From sequence record OM386667.1: DNA of 64,000 bases. One strand, written 5' to 3'. The notes under the pieces are model-generated. The model was given only the letters and a program-made list of their open reading frames with translations. It was not told the origin of the DNA and made no database searches. A program made the translations under genes and the position numbers. This DNA is from Escherichia phage vB_EcoM_REC. Shown piece by piece: positions 9,602-19,342 of this stretch (within the stretch, counting starts at the first letter, position 1; each line of letters starts with the position of its first letter).

Positions 9602-10084
9602 ATGTCACAAGAACAAGATAACACAATTCAAAAATATGCTCGACCAGAAGAAGTAGTTGAGATTCCGTTAGATGGAAACAGATCTGTTACTTTCCGTATT
9701 ATGAAGTGGAGTCCATCTAAAGTGTTTGACAGGATTCCAGAATTGGGTAGTGTTCTGGTTGTTCCTATGACTATGTATAGCACAGCAACAATGTCCGCAG
9801 ACGAAGACCTTGAGTCACGTATTGCTATGGCACTGATCCAACTTTTTGCAGGTTTGGAAGAAAAGAATTTAACTGTCTTTTTGCGTAAAATTTTAGATGA
9901 GGTTTATACTCAAGACGGTTATAACGTTGCAGAAAATTTTGATGAATTATTTATGGCTCACCCAGAACTAGTGTTAGATCTTACTGCTAAAGTTCTGGAG
10001 GTAAACTACGGCCCTTTTTTCAAACGAGGTTTCGGAAAACTGTTCACACAGCTTCAGGCGATGACGAGTTTAGCAGCAAATTAA
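9602..10084 (+). CDS. tail assembly chaperone (gpG-like, unshifted product)
   Basis: 160 aa ORF between tube and tape measure; contains slippery heptamer T_TTT_TTC near its 3' end. Confidence 0.6.
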   Translation: MSQEQDNTIQKYARPEEVVEIPLDGNRSVTFRIMKWSPSKVFDRIPELGSVLVVPMTMYSTATMSADEDLESRIAMALIQLFAGLEEKNLTVFLRKILDEVYTQDGYNVAENFDELFMAHPELVLDLTAKVLEVNYGPFFKRGFGKLFTQLQAMTSLAAN

Positions 10085-10350
10085 CACCTGCGATTGAACA
10101 TGCTATCGACACAGCAACGAAAACCCTTACTTTGAAGTGGTATGAGGTTATTCTTTGCAAAGTCGTTAAAGATACCTCGGAAACACTGAAAACATTGGAT
10201 AACTACGGTGTAGATTATCTTTTAAAACTATATGAGTATTTAACATACGAAGAGTATGTTGAAGCCATGTATGTTAAAGACACTTCAATAAAGAGAAAAC
10301 ATCAAAACCAGACAAATAAAATGTCAGATTTGTTTAAGAAACTTGTTTAA
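9602..10350 (+). CDS. tail assembly chaperone, frameshift-extended form (gpGT-like)
   Basis: Joins frame of 9602-10020 to the -1 frame 10021-10350; conserved arrangement upstream of tape-measure genes. Confidence 0.5.
10015..10021 (+). other. programmed -1 ribosomal frameshift slippery site (U UUU UUC)
   Basis: Zero-frame codons CCT TTT TTC; the -1 frame is open from 9991 to 10350. Confidence 0.6.
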
Positions 10351-10370
10351 TCCAACACGAGGAACATACT

Positions 10371-12359
10371 TTGTTAGAAATTAACGCCTCCAAAATTAGT
10401 AACGTGGTTACGTTTAAGGTGGACAAGAACAGTCTCAAGGAAGCAAAAGATGCCGTGTTGAGTGTTCAGAAGTTTGCAAATAAAATGCAACCCACTATGA
10501 ACATGACCAAGTTTAGACAACAAATGAAAGAGATTGAGCGTGAACTTAAGAAAGCTCAAACTCAAAGTCAAAAACCTATGCGAGCACCTACTCCCGCTGG
10601 AGCGGGTGCTCCTGTAGGCGGATCTGGCAGACCTAGAACTCCTAAAACCCCGCAAGGAAGAGAAGAAGAAAAAGCTCGTAAAGCTGCTGAACGCGAAGCT
10701 AAAGCAGCAGCACGTAGGGAAGACTTAGGTAATCTTCGTTTGCAGAACTTTAACTATCGAGCAAGAGCATTTAGTAAAGCCAGTCCTGGCGCTATGCAAG
10801 AAGCTAGAGACGTTATGGGTAAAGCTGTAGAGCAATACAAAAAGGGTGAAATAACTCTTCAACGTATGAACCAAGCTCTTGCTCACCAGTTAGATGCTTT
10901 ACGCAGATCGCATCGTGAAAAGAATGCTGAAATAGAAGACGAGGTTCGTGGTCGCCGTCGTATTCGTAGAGAGCTAGAAGCAGAAGCTAAAACCCGTATA
11001 CGTATGCGAAATCGTGAACTTAGAGATATAGAACGCAACCGTAAGCGTGAATTAGCTCAACAAAGACGTGATCGTGATCGTCGATATGGACAATTAAAAG
11101 AAGGTGCGGCAGGTCTTAATCCACGCATGATTGCATCCTCTTTGATCGGTGCTGGGTTATTTGCAGGGGGTTCTGTAGTTGGTAACACTTTGATGAATAC
11201 TAACGAAAGGATTAAACTTGTAAGCCGTGGTGCTGAAAACGTTCAGACAAACGCCAACGCTATTTTGGCAATGACAGCTTGGGGTGAACAGAACGGTGTA
11301 GACTCTGCAAATATTATTAAGTCAATAGATAATATTAAAGACGTTCGTGAACGTCTTGGTAATACAGTTTTAGCCTCAAAATGGAATGAGAAAGAAGGGA
11401 AGTGGAAAGGCGGTGATAATGGCATAAATGACATTATGAACTTGTTTGGATGGAATCCAGAACAGCTTAAACCTTTACAGAACGATCCTTTGGCTTTTAT
11501 TCAGGCTACTGTTAATGAAGGTGAGCGTCGAGGTATGAACTCTGCTCAAATCGGGCGACTTCTTGAAAACCTTGGTGATGACCTTATGCACTACCAACGT
11601 ATGTTTAGTAAAAACGGCGAAGGGTATAATGAAGTATTGAAAATGCTTCAAAGAACAGGTGCAACATTAACTCAAGAACAAATAGATGCTTCTAAAGAGT
11701 TTACTCGTTTTGCTGCAACAGTTCAGCTTGTAGGTCAAGGTATGCAGAACCATTTCTTAGAGGGTTTTGTGAAAGCCTTACCTAAAGATGATTCTTGGTT
11801 GGATAACGTTAAAGTGCTAGATCAGTTTGCCAAAGATTTAGGTGAAGAACTTGGTAAGACAACAGTTCAATTAGGAGGTTTTGCTAAAGAATTGGGAGAT
11901 GGTTTCGGATCTTTTACCAATTGGCTTAAAGAGACATTCCCAGACACCTTCGGAGACAACACAGATCCTAATAAATCTATGGCACAAAAGGCATATGAGG
12001 CAACGCAAAGTGGAGACAGCAATCCTGTAGCAGATTGGTTGTACAATTTAACAGGTATTGATACACAAGATGTTGGTCGTATGTGGAGAGGAGAACAAAC
12101 AAGGACACGTGCTTTTGGATTTGGTAATCCTCTTGAAGATTTACGTGAATCAGCCTATACACCTAACGTAAGTTTGGCTCGTAATCAACCTATTGTTGAG
12201 AATACGGTAGCAATACCAAGTGATCTTATCAAAGTTACGATCAGCCCTTCTTCAGAGTTTGGAAATATTCTTGATGCAAGAATTCAAAATAGCGGAAATA
12301 GCATTTTCCAACGTTTATCTCTTTCAACTCTAAGTGGACAATCTAACACTGGTGGTTAA
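10371..12359 (+). CDS. tail tape measure protein
   Basis: 662 aa, follows the chaperone pair; highly charged N-terminal coiled-coil region (Arg/Glu-rich); TTG start. Confidence 0.65.
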   Translation: MLEINASKISNVVTFKVDKNSLKEAKDAVLSVQKFANKMQPTMNMTKFRQQMKEIERELKKAQTQSQKPMRAPTPAGAGAPVGGSGRPRTPKTPQGREEEKARKAAEREAKAAARREDLGNLRLQNFNYRARAFSKASPGAMQEARDVMGKAVEQYKKGEITLQRMNQALAHQLDALRRSHREKNAEIEDEVRGRRRIRRELEAEAKTRIRMRNRELRDIERNRKRELAQQRRDRDRRYGQLKEGAAGLNPRMIASSLIGAGLFAGGSVVGNTLMNTNERIKLVSRGAENVQTNANAILAMTAWGEQNGVDSANIIKSIDNIKDVRERLGNTVLASKWNEKEGKWKGGDNGINDIMNLFGWNPEQLKPLQNDPLAFIQATVNEGERRGMNSAQIGRLLENLGDDLMHYQRMFSKNGEGYNEVLKMLQRTGATLTQEQIDASKEFTRFAATVQLVGQGMQNHFLEGFVKALPKDDSWLDNVKVLDQFAKDLGEELGKTTVQLGGFAKELGDGFGSFTNWLKETFPDTFGDNTDPNKSMAQKAYEATQSGDSNPVADWLYNLTGIDTQDVGRMWRGEQTRTRAFGFGNPLEDLRESAYTPNVSLARNQPIVENTVAIPSDLIKVTISPSSEFGNILDARIQNSGNSIFQRLSLSTLSGQSNTGG

Positions 12360-12366
12360 TAAAATA

Positions 12367-12388
12367 CCTCGCTTCGGCGGGGTTTTTT
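12367..12388 (+). terminator. rho-independent terminator after tape measure gene
   Basis: Stem CCTCGC/GCGGGG (one G-U pair), loop TTCG, then TTTTTT. Confidence 0.7.
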
Positions 12389-12396
12389 CGTTTCCC

Positions 12397-12426
12397 TTGA
12401 CACAAAGTTTCTATATGTGTTACAAT
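12397..12426 (+). promoter_or_regulatory. sigma70-like promoter candidate (TTGACA, 18 nt spacer, TACAAT)
   Basis: -35 TTGACA 12397-12402, -10 TACAAT 12421-12426, upstream of baseplate operon. Confidence 0.4.
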
Positions 12427-12485
12427 AATCAATATGGGAAGATCTTGCATCTTCCTTTTGGCATTATCATTACTACGAGGTTATC

Positions 12486-13187
12486 ATGGCAGCAATGACT
12501 CCACAACAGTCGGTGAGAGCCGTCTATAAGGCAGAACAGGAAATCAACTCTACCGAGAATAAAAATACCTCGGCATCTACTGTAAAGGGTGATAATGGTT
12601 TCTGCATTTTAGCAAGTGTTTATAATAGTTCAAGTGATCAATACATTCAAAACTTTAAAGCAATTACTTTCGATTCGGTCCCTGAAGTAGGTGTAACTCG
12701 TGAGGCAGATGTTACAAGTTTTCCAGTAGAATCAGGATCGGATGTAAGTGACCACGTTCAAATAAAAAACAACAGATTTAAACTTTCAGGTATAATTACC
12801 GAAACACCAATTCGGCTTATGCGAGATCAATTATACAGTGCAGGTGTAAATGGAGCAAGGATTTCTCAAGCAATAGAATATCTAGATCAAATATTTGAGT
12901 CAAGACAACCAATAGTTCTTTTGACAGAACACAGGACTTTTGAAAATGTTATTCTGAAAGGCTACTCTTATGATTATAAATCTGAATTTGCTATGCAATT
13001 TGATTTAGAGTTCGAACAAATTCGTCTAGTCTCTAAGGCCACTACTAATGCTATTGCTGTAAAAACAGCACCAAATAAGTCAACTGGTGGTGATGTGAAA
13101 GGTCAAGTCGCTTCTAATGGTCCTAAGTCAGATATTACAGTAAGAACTGCTGAAGCTACTAATACCCCAACAAACAACGGAGGTTAA
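12486..13187 (+). CDS. hypothetical tail/baseplate protein
   Basis: 233 aa, first gene after tape measure. Confidence 0.4.
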   Translation: MAAMTPQQSVRAVYKAEQEINSTENKNTSASTVKGDNGFCILASVYNSSSDQYIQNFKAITFDSVPEVGVTREADVTSFPVESGSDVSDHVQIKNNRFKLSGIITETPIRLMRDQLYSAGVNGARISQAIEYLDQIFESRQPIVLLTEHRTFENVILKGYSYDYKSEFAMQFDLEFEQIRLVSKATTNAIAVKTAPNKSTGGDVKGQVASNGPKSDITVRTAEATNTPTNNGG

Positions 13188-13189
13188 TA

Positions 13190-13603
13190 GTGACAACTTA
13201 TTCTAAAACAACAAGGTCTACAAGTAATACTGGCTACAGTGCAGTTTATCTGGAGGACCATTCTACTTATTTTGCATGGTATCTGAAAACTGAAGAGTAC
13301 CCTGATCAAACATATACAGTTACATTGGATGGAGTTGATTATGACATTCGTTTAAGGTGGAACACTAGGGACGAGTCTTGGCAATGTCAGATAGGATTAT
13401 CTGGAGATGATCCAAGTATAAGTTTCAAAGTTACAAATGGTTTAGATCTTCTTAAACCTTATAAATATCTTGAAAGTGTGCCAGATGGTCAATTGTATAT
13501 AGTAGATACAGTTAAGATTAATGGTCGTCCTGGGTATACAACTACAGGTCGAGATAAACGTTTTGTATTGGTTTATATTGATAACAAACCTAATCAGGCG
13601 TAA
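13190..13603 (+). CDS. hypothetical tail/baseplate protein
   Basis: 137 aa, GTG start, compact operon. Confidence 0.4.
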   Translation: MTTYSKTTRSTSNTGYSAVYLEDHSTYFAWYLKTEEYPDQTYTVTLDGVDYDIRLRWNTRDESWQCQIGLSGDDPSISFKVTNGLDLLKPYKYLESVPDGQLYIVDTVKINGRPGYTTTGRDKRFVLVYIDNKPNQA

Positions 13604-13612
13604 GGAGATAAT

Positions 13613-14623
13613 ATGGCAGAAAGAGAGTATACAAAAGCTCCTGCCCCTAATTTAAACAGGGCATACAAATTATTAATTGGTTCTGCCACAAACACAATAC
13701 AGAAGAGAACTAAGAACTCGGCATTTAAATCTACAGTAGATTTGGATACTAAGTTAGGCACAACAGAAAAATCCTCTTCTAATTTGTATTTGTTGCAAGA
13801 CCATCAAATAACCTTCAGCATTAAGAAAGATAATAATAAAGATCCTAACCAAGCAGAGATTGTAGTTTATAATCTATCGGATGATACTGTTAACTATATA
13901 AACCGTGGTATCCGAAATAACTTGGCGGTTGCTCTAGCGGTAGGATACGAAGGTGAAGAGTTGGTTATGATTTTCAAAGGAACTATCCAATGGGTTAGTG
14001 ATACTTTTGACTCGGTAGACAGGAAAACCACTTTACACTGTTTGGATGGCGGTATTAACATTGCAGAAGCAAGAACAAGCCGCAGTTATCCAAAAGGAAC
14101 TAAAATCAAACGTGTTGTGACAGATTTGGTAAAAGATTTAGGAACTACAGAAGGTAATATACACGTAGACAATGATCAAACCTTATCCTCAGCAACAGCT
14201 ATGTGTGGAAACACTTCACATTACCTAGAACATATTTGTAAAAGTATTGATCACAATGTGTCAATACAAGATGGATCTGTTTATGTCACTCCTCGTTCAC
14301 AAATGTCTAGTGCACGTAGCGCCTACATTAGCCCTGAAACTGGTCTGATAGGAAGTCCAGAACCATTCCACAACGATATAAAACCTACTAAAAAAGTTAC
14401 CAAGTCCTCTAAGAAGGCAAAGAAACCTACAGATGGTGTTAAATTCAAATGCCAAATGAATGGTGCAATACTACCAGAAAAAACAATCTGGTTAAAAAGC
14501 CGAGATTATGATGGTCCATTTAAAGTTGTTTCTGTTTCTCACAATGGTGATAAAGAGGGTAAAGAGTGGGTTACTGAAGTGGAGTGTGTATCCGTGTCTG
14601 AAATAATGACTAAGGAGAAATAA
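13613..14623 (+). CDS. putative baseplate hub/tail protein
   Basis: 336 aa, position upstream of gpV-like spike; GGAGA RBS. Confidence 0.4.
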   Translation: MAEREYTKAPAPNLNRAYKLLIGSATNTIQKRTKNSAFKSTVDLDTKLGTTEKSSSNLYLLQDHQITFSIKKDNNKDPNQAEIVVYNLSDDTVNYINRGIRNNLAVALAVGYEGEELVMIFKGTIQWVSDTFDSVDRKTTLHCLDGGINIAEARTSRSYPKGTKIKRVVTDLVKDLGTTEGNIHVDNDQTLSSATAMCGNTSHYLEHICKSIDHNVSIQDGSVYVTPRSQMSSARSAYISPETGLIGSPEPFHNDIKPTKKVTKSSKKAKKPTDGVKFKCQMNGAILPEKTIWLKSRDYDGPFKVVSVSHNGDKEGKEWVTEVECVSVSEIMTKEK

Positions 14624-15357
14624 TGGATGCATTGAATTTTGTCACAGCAATGCGTGGCTTAATGACAGAACAATTAGCAGAAGTCCATACAGCCCTGCCA
14701 GTCCGTGTGACTGGCGTTAATTATGGTGCTAAAACTGTCACTTTAGAATCTATTGTTAAAAACACACGATCTAGTGAAGATGAAATAGATTATCCTACTT
14801 TTGAAGATGTTCCTTTTATGGTTAATGGGGGTGGGACAGGAAGAATCTCATTCCCTATTAAAGCTGGCGATTTAGGAACTGTTATATTTTCTGAAAGAGA
14901 TCCTTCTAATGCACTGCAAACTAGTGGAGAAACCTCTTCATCATCCACTTTTATGCAGCCTTGTGGATTATACCCTATTTGTTTTATTCCCAAAATAGCT
15001 ACAGGAACAGATTCAACAGAAGCCGTAGATTCTGAAAAGGTAGTTATTTCTAATAACAAAAACACGTACGCTTCTTTCGACCCTACAGGTAATATTTCAA
15101 TATGGAATAGTCAAGGGATGAAAATAGATATTACTACCTCCGGTATTACTATTACAGATGGCACAGGGACTTTGGATCTAAAAGGTGGTAATTTAACTTT
15201 CAAAGGCGGCGTGGCAGATATCAATGGTCTTAAAATAGATCAGAACGGTTTGATGACAGATGGTAATGGCATCGGATTCCATACTCACACGCACACGGTT
15301 CGTAACATTCAGAGCGGTAACTCAAGTGCCGAGTCCTTAAAACCAACAGGAGCCTAA
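14623..15357 (+). CDS. baseplate spike/hub protein (gpV-like)
   Basis: 244 aa; N-terminal LPVRVTGVN...FPIKAGDLGTVIFSERDP resembles the OB-fold region of P2 gpV-type proteins. Confidence 0.5.
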   Translation: MDALNFVTAMRGLMTEQLAEVHTALPVRVTGVNYGAKTVTLESIVKNTRSSEDEIDYPTFEDVPFMVNGGGTGRISFPIKAGDLGTVIFSERDPSNALQTSGETSSSSTFMQPCGLYPICFIPKIATGTDSTEAVDSEKVVISNNKNTYASFDPTGNISIWNSQGMKIDITTSGITITDGTGTLDLKGGNLTFKGGVADINGLKIDQNGLMTDGNGIGFHTHTHTVRNIQSGNSSAESLKPTGA

Positions 15358-15358
15358 C

Positions 15359-15985
15359 ATGGGAATCCCTTTTGACTTAAAACTTGGGCCAAACAACGAC
15401 CTCATCATGGATGATGGGGATTTGGTCCTCACTACAACCAGAACAGAAATTGCAGCACAAACTCTTGGGATAACTCTGAACACGTATCGTGGAGAGTGGT
15501 TTTTAAATACTAACTTCGGTGTTCCTTACTTACAAGAGATTATTGGTGTTGCTAGAAAGAAAGATATTGTAGACAGAATATTTTTAGCAGAGATTGCCAA
15601 AAACGTTTACATAGATACAATAAACAGTTATAAATCTGCTTATGACATGGATCAACGTTATTACTCAATGACAGTTATGGTGACAGTTGGAGCAGATACA
15701 GTAACATCCATATTCAATACTCAACCTTCTGAAGAGTTTATTTACCCTGAAGCTGGTGAAGACAATGCAGCGATCATTTGTGAAGCTTACAGTATTGTTG
15801 AGAATTCGAATAGACTTTATCGCTTTATCAACTTTGTTGGTTTGCCACGTGATACCTACTCTACTTGGTGGAATGAATGGTCTACAGAGTCAGCAGGGGA
15901 AAGAATCATGGTTAACGAAAAAGGTGATGCATTAGCTACAAACAATAATTTCGGTATAACAGCTATGACAGGAGTAGAAGAATAA
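15359..15985 (+). CDS. baseplate wedge protein (gpW/gp25-like)
   Basis: N-terminus MGIPFDLKLGPNNDL...DGDL...TL fits the gpW/gp25 family pattern. Confidence 0.55.
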   Translation: MGIPFDLKLGPNNDLIMDDGDLVLTTTRTEIAAQTLGITLNTYRGEWFLNTNFGVPYLQEIIGVARKKDIVDRIFLAEIAKNVYIDTINSYKSAYDMDQRYYSMTVMVTVGADTVTSIFNTQPSEEFIYPEAGEDNAAIICEAYSIVENSNRLYRFINFVGLPRDTYSTWWNEWSTESAGERIMVNEKGDALATNNNFGITAMTGVEE

Positions 15986-16458
15986 TGGCAGATTTAACTA
16001 CGATCAAAGTTTCTGATCTTACACAAACAACCTCTGTGTCTGATACAGATTTCTTTGTAACAGATCAGGCTGGAATAACAAAGAAGACTTCTTTGAAAGT
16101 GCTGTTGAGTGGTGCAGGGGTAACTAGAAACCGTTTAAATGCACGGGGAACAGTAACTAGCACCTTGGCATTAGATATTAGTTCAGCAGAATATTTTTCG
16201 GCAACCTTATCTTCTGCAACGTGCACAATTAGTTTTACTAATATTCCAGTAGCAACGAATGCAGTTTTAAACTTTACTTTAGCTTTGCGTCAAGGAAGTG
16301 GCGCAAATAAAGTCGTATGGCCTTCTTCTGTAAAATGGAGTTTTGGTCGTTCCCCAGTTTTGAGTTATCGTCAAGGTGCAACAGACACTTTTGAGTTTAT
16401 CAGTTATGATAATGGAGCAACTTGGACAGGTAGCTTAGTTTTAGCAGGAGTTATTTAA
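15985..16458 (+). CDS. hypothetical baseplate protein
   Basis: 157 aa, start overlaps upstream stop. Confidence 0.4.
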   Translation: MADLTTIKVSDLTQTTSVSDTDFFVTDQAGITKKTSLKVLLSGAGVTRNRLNARGTVTSTLALDISSAEYFSATLSSATCTISFTNIPVATNAVLNFTLALRQGSGANKVVWPSSVKWSFGRSPVLSYRQGATDTFEFISYDNGATWTGSLVLAGVI

Positions 16459-19334
16459 TGTCAAGAGTTAAGCACAATATTGACAACACGTTTCAGTTGA
16501 TTGAAGGGTTGGTTCAGTTTTTGGAAAGAAATACTGGGCTTACCATAGATCCTACGGTTCAGCATTACATTATCAACCCACAAAACGTATTGGCGAACAA
16601 CAGACACTTTATTAACTGGACAGCGCAGGAAGGGCAACCAAACGGTGACGCTACTACCGAAGGTCAATCTGTGCTTATCACTGGTTTTGCTTATGCATAT
16701 TTGGCTACAGGGGATAAAAAATATCTTGAATCTGCCGAGAAGTATTGGCAAGCCTATATAGATCACTTCTTCGGGGGCCAACCTATTCCTGATCCTCCAG
16801 CTAAATATCGTCCCAACTGGATCATCAATGGTAAAGAACCACGTTTAGCACATTACCCTCTCACAGATGATGGGTATCCTACGCACGGCGGGTTCAAAGG
16901 TAGCATGATGACTTGGATTAACGGAAGGACTGTTATTCCTAAAGGTGCACCGCATTGGGGGGAATACTTAGATAAAGCTTGGTTTGCTTTCAATGGCAAT
17001 CTTGGTTGGAACTCCGTTAACGCAACAGTTTATGCAACTAACCCAGATGGTTCAACTAACTGGAAAGAATATGGAGATCAGTGGGATGTTGAATGGATTA
17101 TAGATCGTCTAGGACGTAAAGTTGATTGGGATGGTAACATCTTATCTACAGGTCACAGCTTTGCAGAATATGGAACAGTGCAACTTAAAAATGCTTCTGT
17201 GAACGGTGACTATAAATTCAACTACGCTACATGCAACCCTGTAGAACACGGTGGATATCTGCTTAAGCGTAATGAGATGTGGCATAACCGTCCTGTAAAC
17301 GTTCCGGTAGAATTAGGTTATCAAGATAATGCTTCCGATGCGGAAACGTGGTGGTGTGATGCAAACTACTTGATGTATCAGATCACAGGAGAGAGAAAAT
17401 ACTGGCTTTGCTGGCAATCTTCTTTATTGCTGTGTCAAGACTACTCAAACATTGATATGTTTGATAAATTCTTCCGTAGATCTACGACAGCAATAATTCC
17501 TTTTACAGATGGTATCTCTTATGATTACTCATACCCATCTACAGCAATACCTAAATACTCTCGTGACGAATTAGGATACACAGTAATTCGACAAGATGTT
17601 GCAGCCCAAACAACTCTAGAACAACAGGCAGTTTGGTTCAGAGTGGATCAGAATTCAAAACTGCGTATTGAGTTTCAAGGTGTAGATGATGCAGGGGAAG
17701 GTATTCTTTTCCGTCCAGAGTTAGAATTAAGCAAGACTAAGAGTGAAACAGACACAGTGACATATCGTTGTGGCTTACCTCTTGGTGCAGCTAATATGAC
17801 TAAGATGGATATACCTTTATCTAGTTTTATGCGCACCGAACCTCCTGGAGGTGGTGTATATATTATTGCTGAACCTAGAATCATTGTTGACTGGGGAAGC
17901 AATACTGTGATACAATATAAATATGCAACTGGTATTGCTGGGACAAATAGTGATCAGATAGTTTCTGCTAATATGGATTCAGATGGTGGTTTTACTGTTG
18001 GGTTTTGGTTAACACCAACTAAAACAGCCAATTTAAAATCTATTACGTATCGTTCATACGCAGATGATTTTAACATCACTATTACGGATTCCGCAGGTTG
18101 GAGATGGTGGGCCATGTTAGAAAAAACAAATTCTACATGGGTTACTAAAGCTTTAAGTCCTGCTGATTTCAAATTAAGTACTTGGCAACCTAATCACGAT
18201 GACACAGAGACAAAACCTTCGTCAATAAACCTGACTGCTATTGATCAGATCAATATTGCATTGGATTCTGAACCTGCAAATGGCTTGACAGGGGCAATCG
18301 ATTTTTATTGCGTTAACGATATCCCATCTTTGTATTCTTCAGCCACTGGTGATGACTACACAATGTATTTCAGGGTTACAGTTTCATCTGAAAATCCTTA
18401 TACAGCAAAACTTGGAGATTGTACAATACTGGACTACAAACTTGACAGTTTGAATTATACTCCAGGAATCATTCCATTTTCTAATATTAGCGATCCTAAC
18501 ACAGCATTATATGACGGTTGGCGCGGTATTCCTTACCCAGGTTATCAATACCCATCCTTATATTGTTTTAAAGGGAGAGATATTGATTGGGTTCGTATGA
18601 ACAACAGTATAGACTTTTTATATGATTCACAAATGTGGTTTTATAATAAGTTTGCCCCTGTGATGCCTGGGCCAATGGCACAAGCTTATGTTTGGGATCG
18701 TTGGGATGCTCATAAATACGGAAACAAGAATGAGTTCACAATGTATCATTGGAACGATAAAGCTTGGGATGGGTATGAAGCACGAGCATTCTTCTGTGCG
18801 TGTCATACAGTATACGAACTTAAACAACGAGGAGCAGAAGTTCCTGAAAAACTTTTAACAGTTTGTAAAAACTGGATCAACTATCTGAAGTGGTTCCAAG
18901 ACAACAACGAAGGAAGAACACCAACAATATTTTATCCCAATGGAGAAGTGGCAGCGCCTGTAGATGACTTTACAAGTCACATGTCTGCGCTCTTTATGGC
19001 AGGATGTGCTATAATGGGGATGGCTGGATATGATTCAGAAATTCCTAACATTAAAATAGTAGCAGACCGCTGTTTTGAACTTATTCAGGAAAATTATATT
19101 GTTCTTGGTCCTAATCATGTTATGAATGGCTGTTGGAGTTCCGCTCCTAGACCAGATAGTGATAACGGAGTCTTCTTTGGCTTCCACGCTGGAGAGTTGT
19201 TACGTGGTTTTGGGTTGTATGCTTTATACAAAAAACTTAATCCCCAAAATGCATTACCTGTTTTGGATTCGAGCAATATTCCTGCACTTACTGTTTTGAC
19301 AATGGCAAACATTAGTGTGGACGTTACCGAGTAA
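16458..19334 (+). CDS. large virion protein with possible alpha/alpha-toroid glycoside hydrolase-like N-terminal domain
   Basis: 958 aa; segment GFAYAYLATGDKKYLESAEKYWQAYIDHF is reminiscent of (alpha/alpha)6 glycosidases; Trp/Tyr-rich. Confidence 0.45.
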   Translation: MSRVKHNIDNTFQLIEGLVQFLERNTGLTIDPTVQHYIINPQNVLANNRHFINWTAQEGQPNGDATTEGQSVLITGFAYAYLATGDKKYLESAEKYWQAYIDHFFGGQPIPDPPAKYRPNWIINGKEPRLAHYPLTDDGYPTHGGFKGSMMTWINGRTVIPKGAPHWGEYLDKAWFAFNGNLGWNSVNATVYATNPDGSTNWKEYGDQWDVEWIIDRLGRKVDWDGNILSTGHSFAEYGTVQLKNASVNGDYKFNYATCNPVEHGGYLLKRNEMWHNRPVNVPVELGYQDNASDAETWWCDANYLMYQITGERKYWLCWQSSLLLCQDYSNIDMFDKFFRRSTTAIIPFTDGISYDYSYPSTAIPKYSRDELGYTVIRQDVAAQTTLEQQAVWFRVDQNSKLRIEFQGVDDAGEGILFRPELELSKTKSETDTVTYRCGLPLGAANMTKMDIPLSSFMRTEPPGGGVYIIAEPRIIVDWGSNTVIQYKYATGIAGTNSDQIVSANMDSDGGFTVGFWLTPTKTANLKSITYRSYADDFNITITDSAGWRWWAMLEKTNSTWVTKALSPADFKLSTWQPNHDDTETKPSSINLTAIDQINIALDSEPANGLTGAIDFYCVNDIPSLYSSATGDDYTMYFRVTVSSENPYTAKLGDCTILDYKLDSLNYTPGIIPFSNISDPNTALYDGWRGIPYPGYQYPSLYCFKGRDIDWVRMNNSIDFLYDSQMWFYNKFAPVMPGPMAQAYVWDRWDAHKYGNKNEFTMYHWNDKAWDGYEARAFFCACHTVYELKQRGAEVPEKLLTVCKNWINYLKWFQDNNEGRTPTIFYPNGEVAAPVDDFTSHMSALFMAGCAIMGMAGYDSEIPNIKIVADRCFELIQENYIVLGPNHVMNGCWSSAPRPDSDNGVFFGFHAGELLRGFGLYALYKKLNPQNALPVLDSSNIPALTVLTMANISVDVTE

Positions 19335-19342
19335 GGGGTAAA

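Noticed and set aside
10132-10350. 72-aa plus-strand ORF treated as an independent gene
   Set aside because: Better explained as the -1 frame extension of the tail assembly chaperone reached via the TTTTTTC slippery site.
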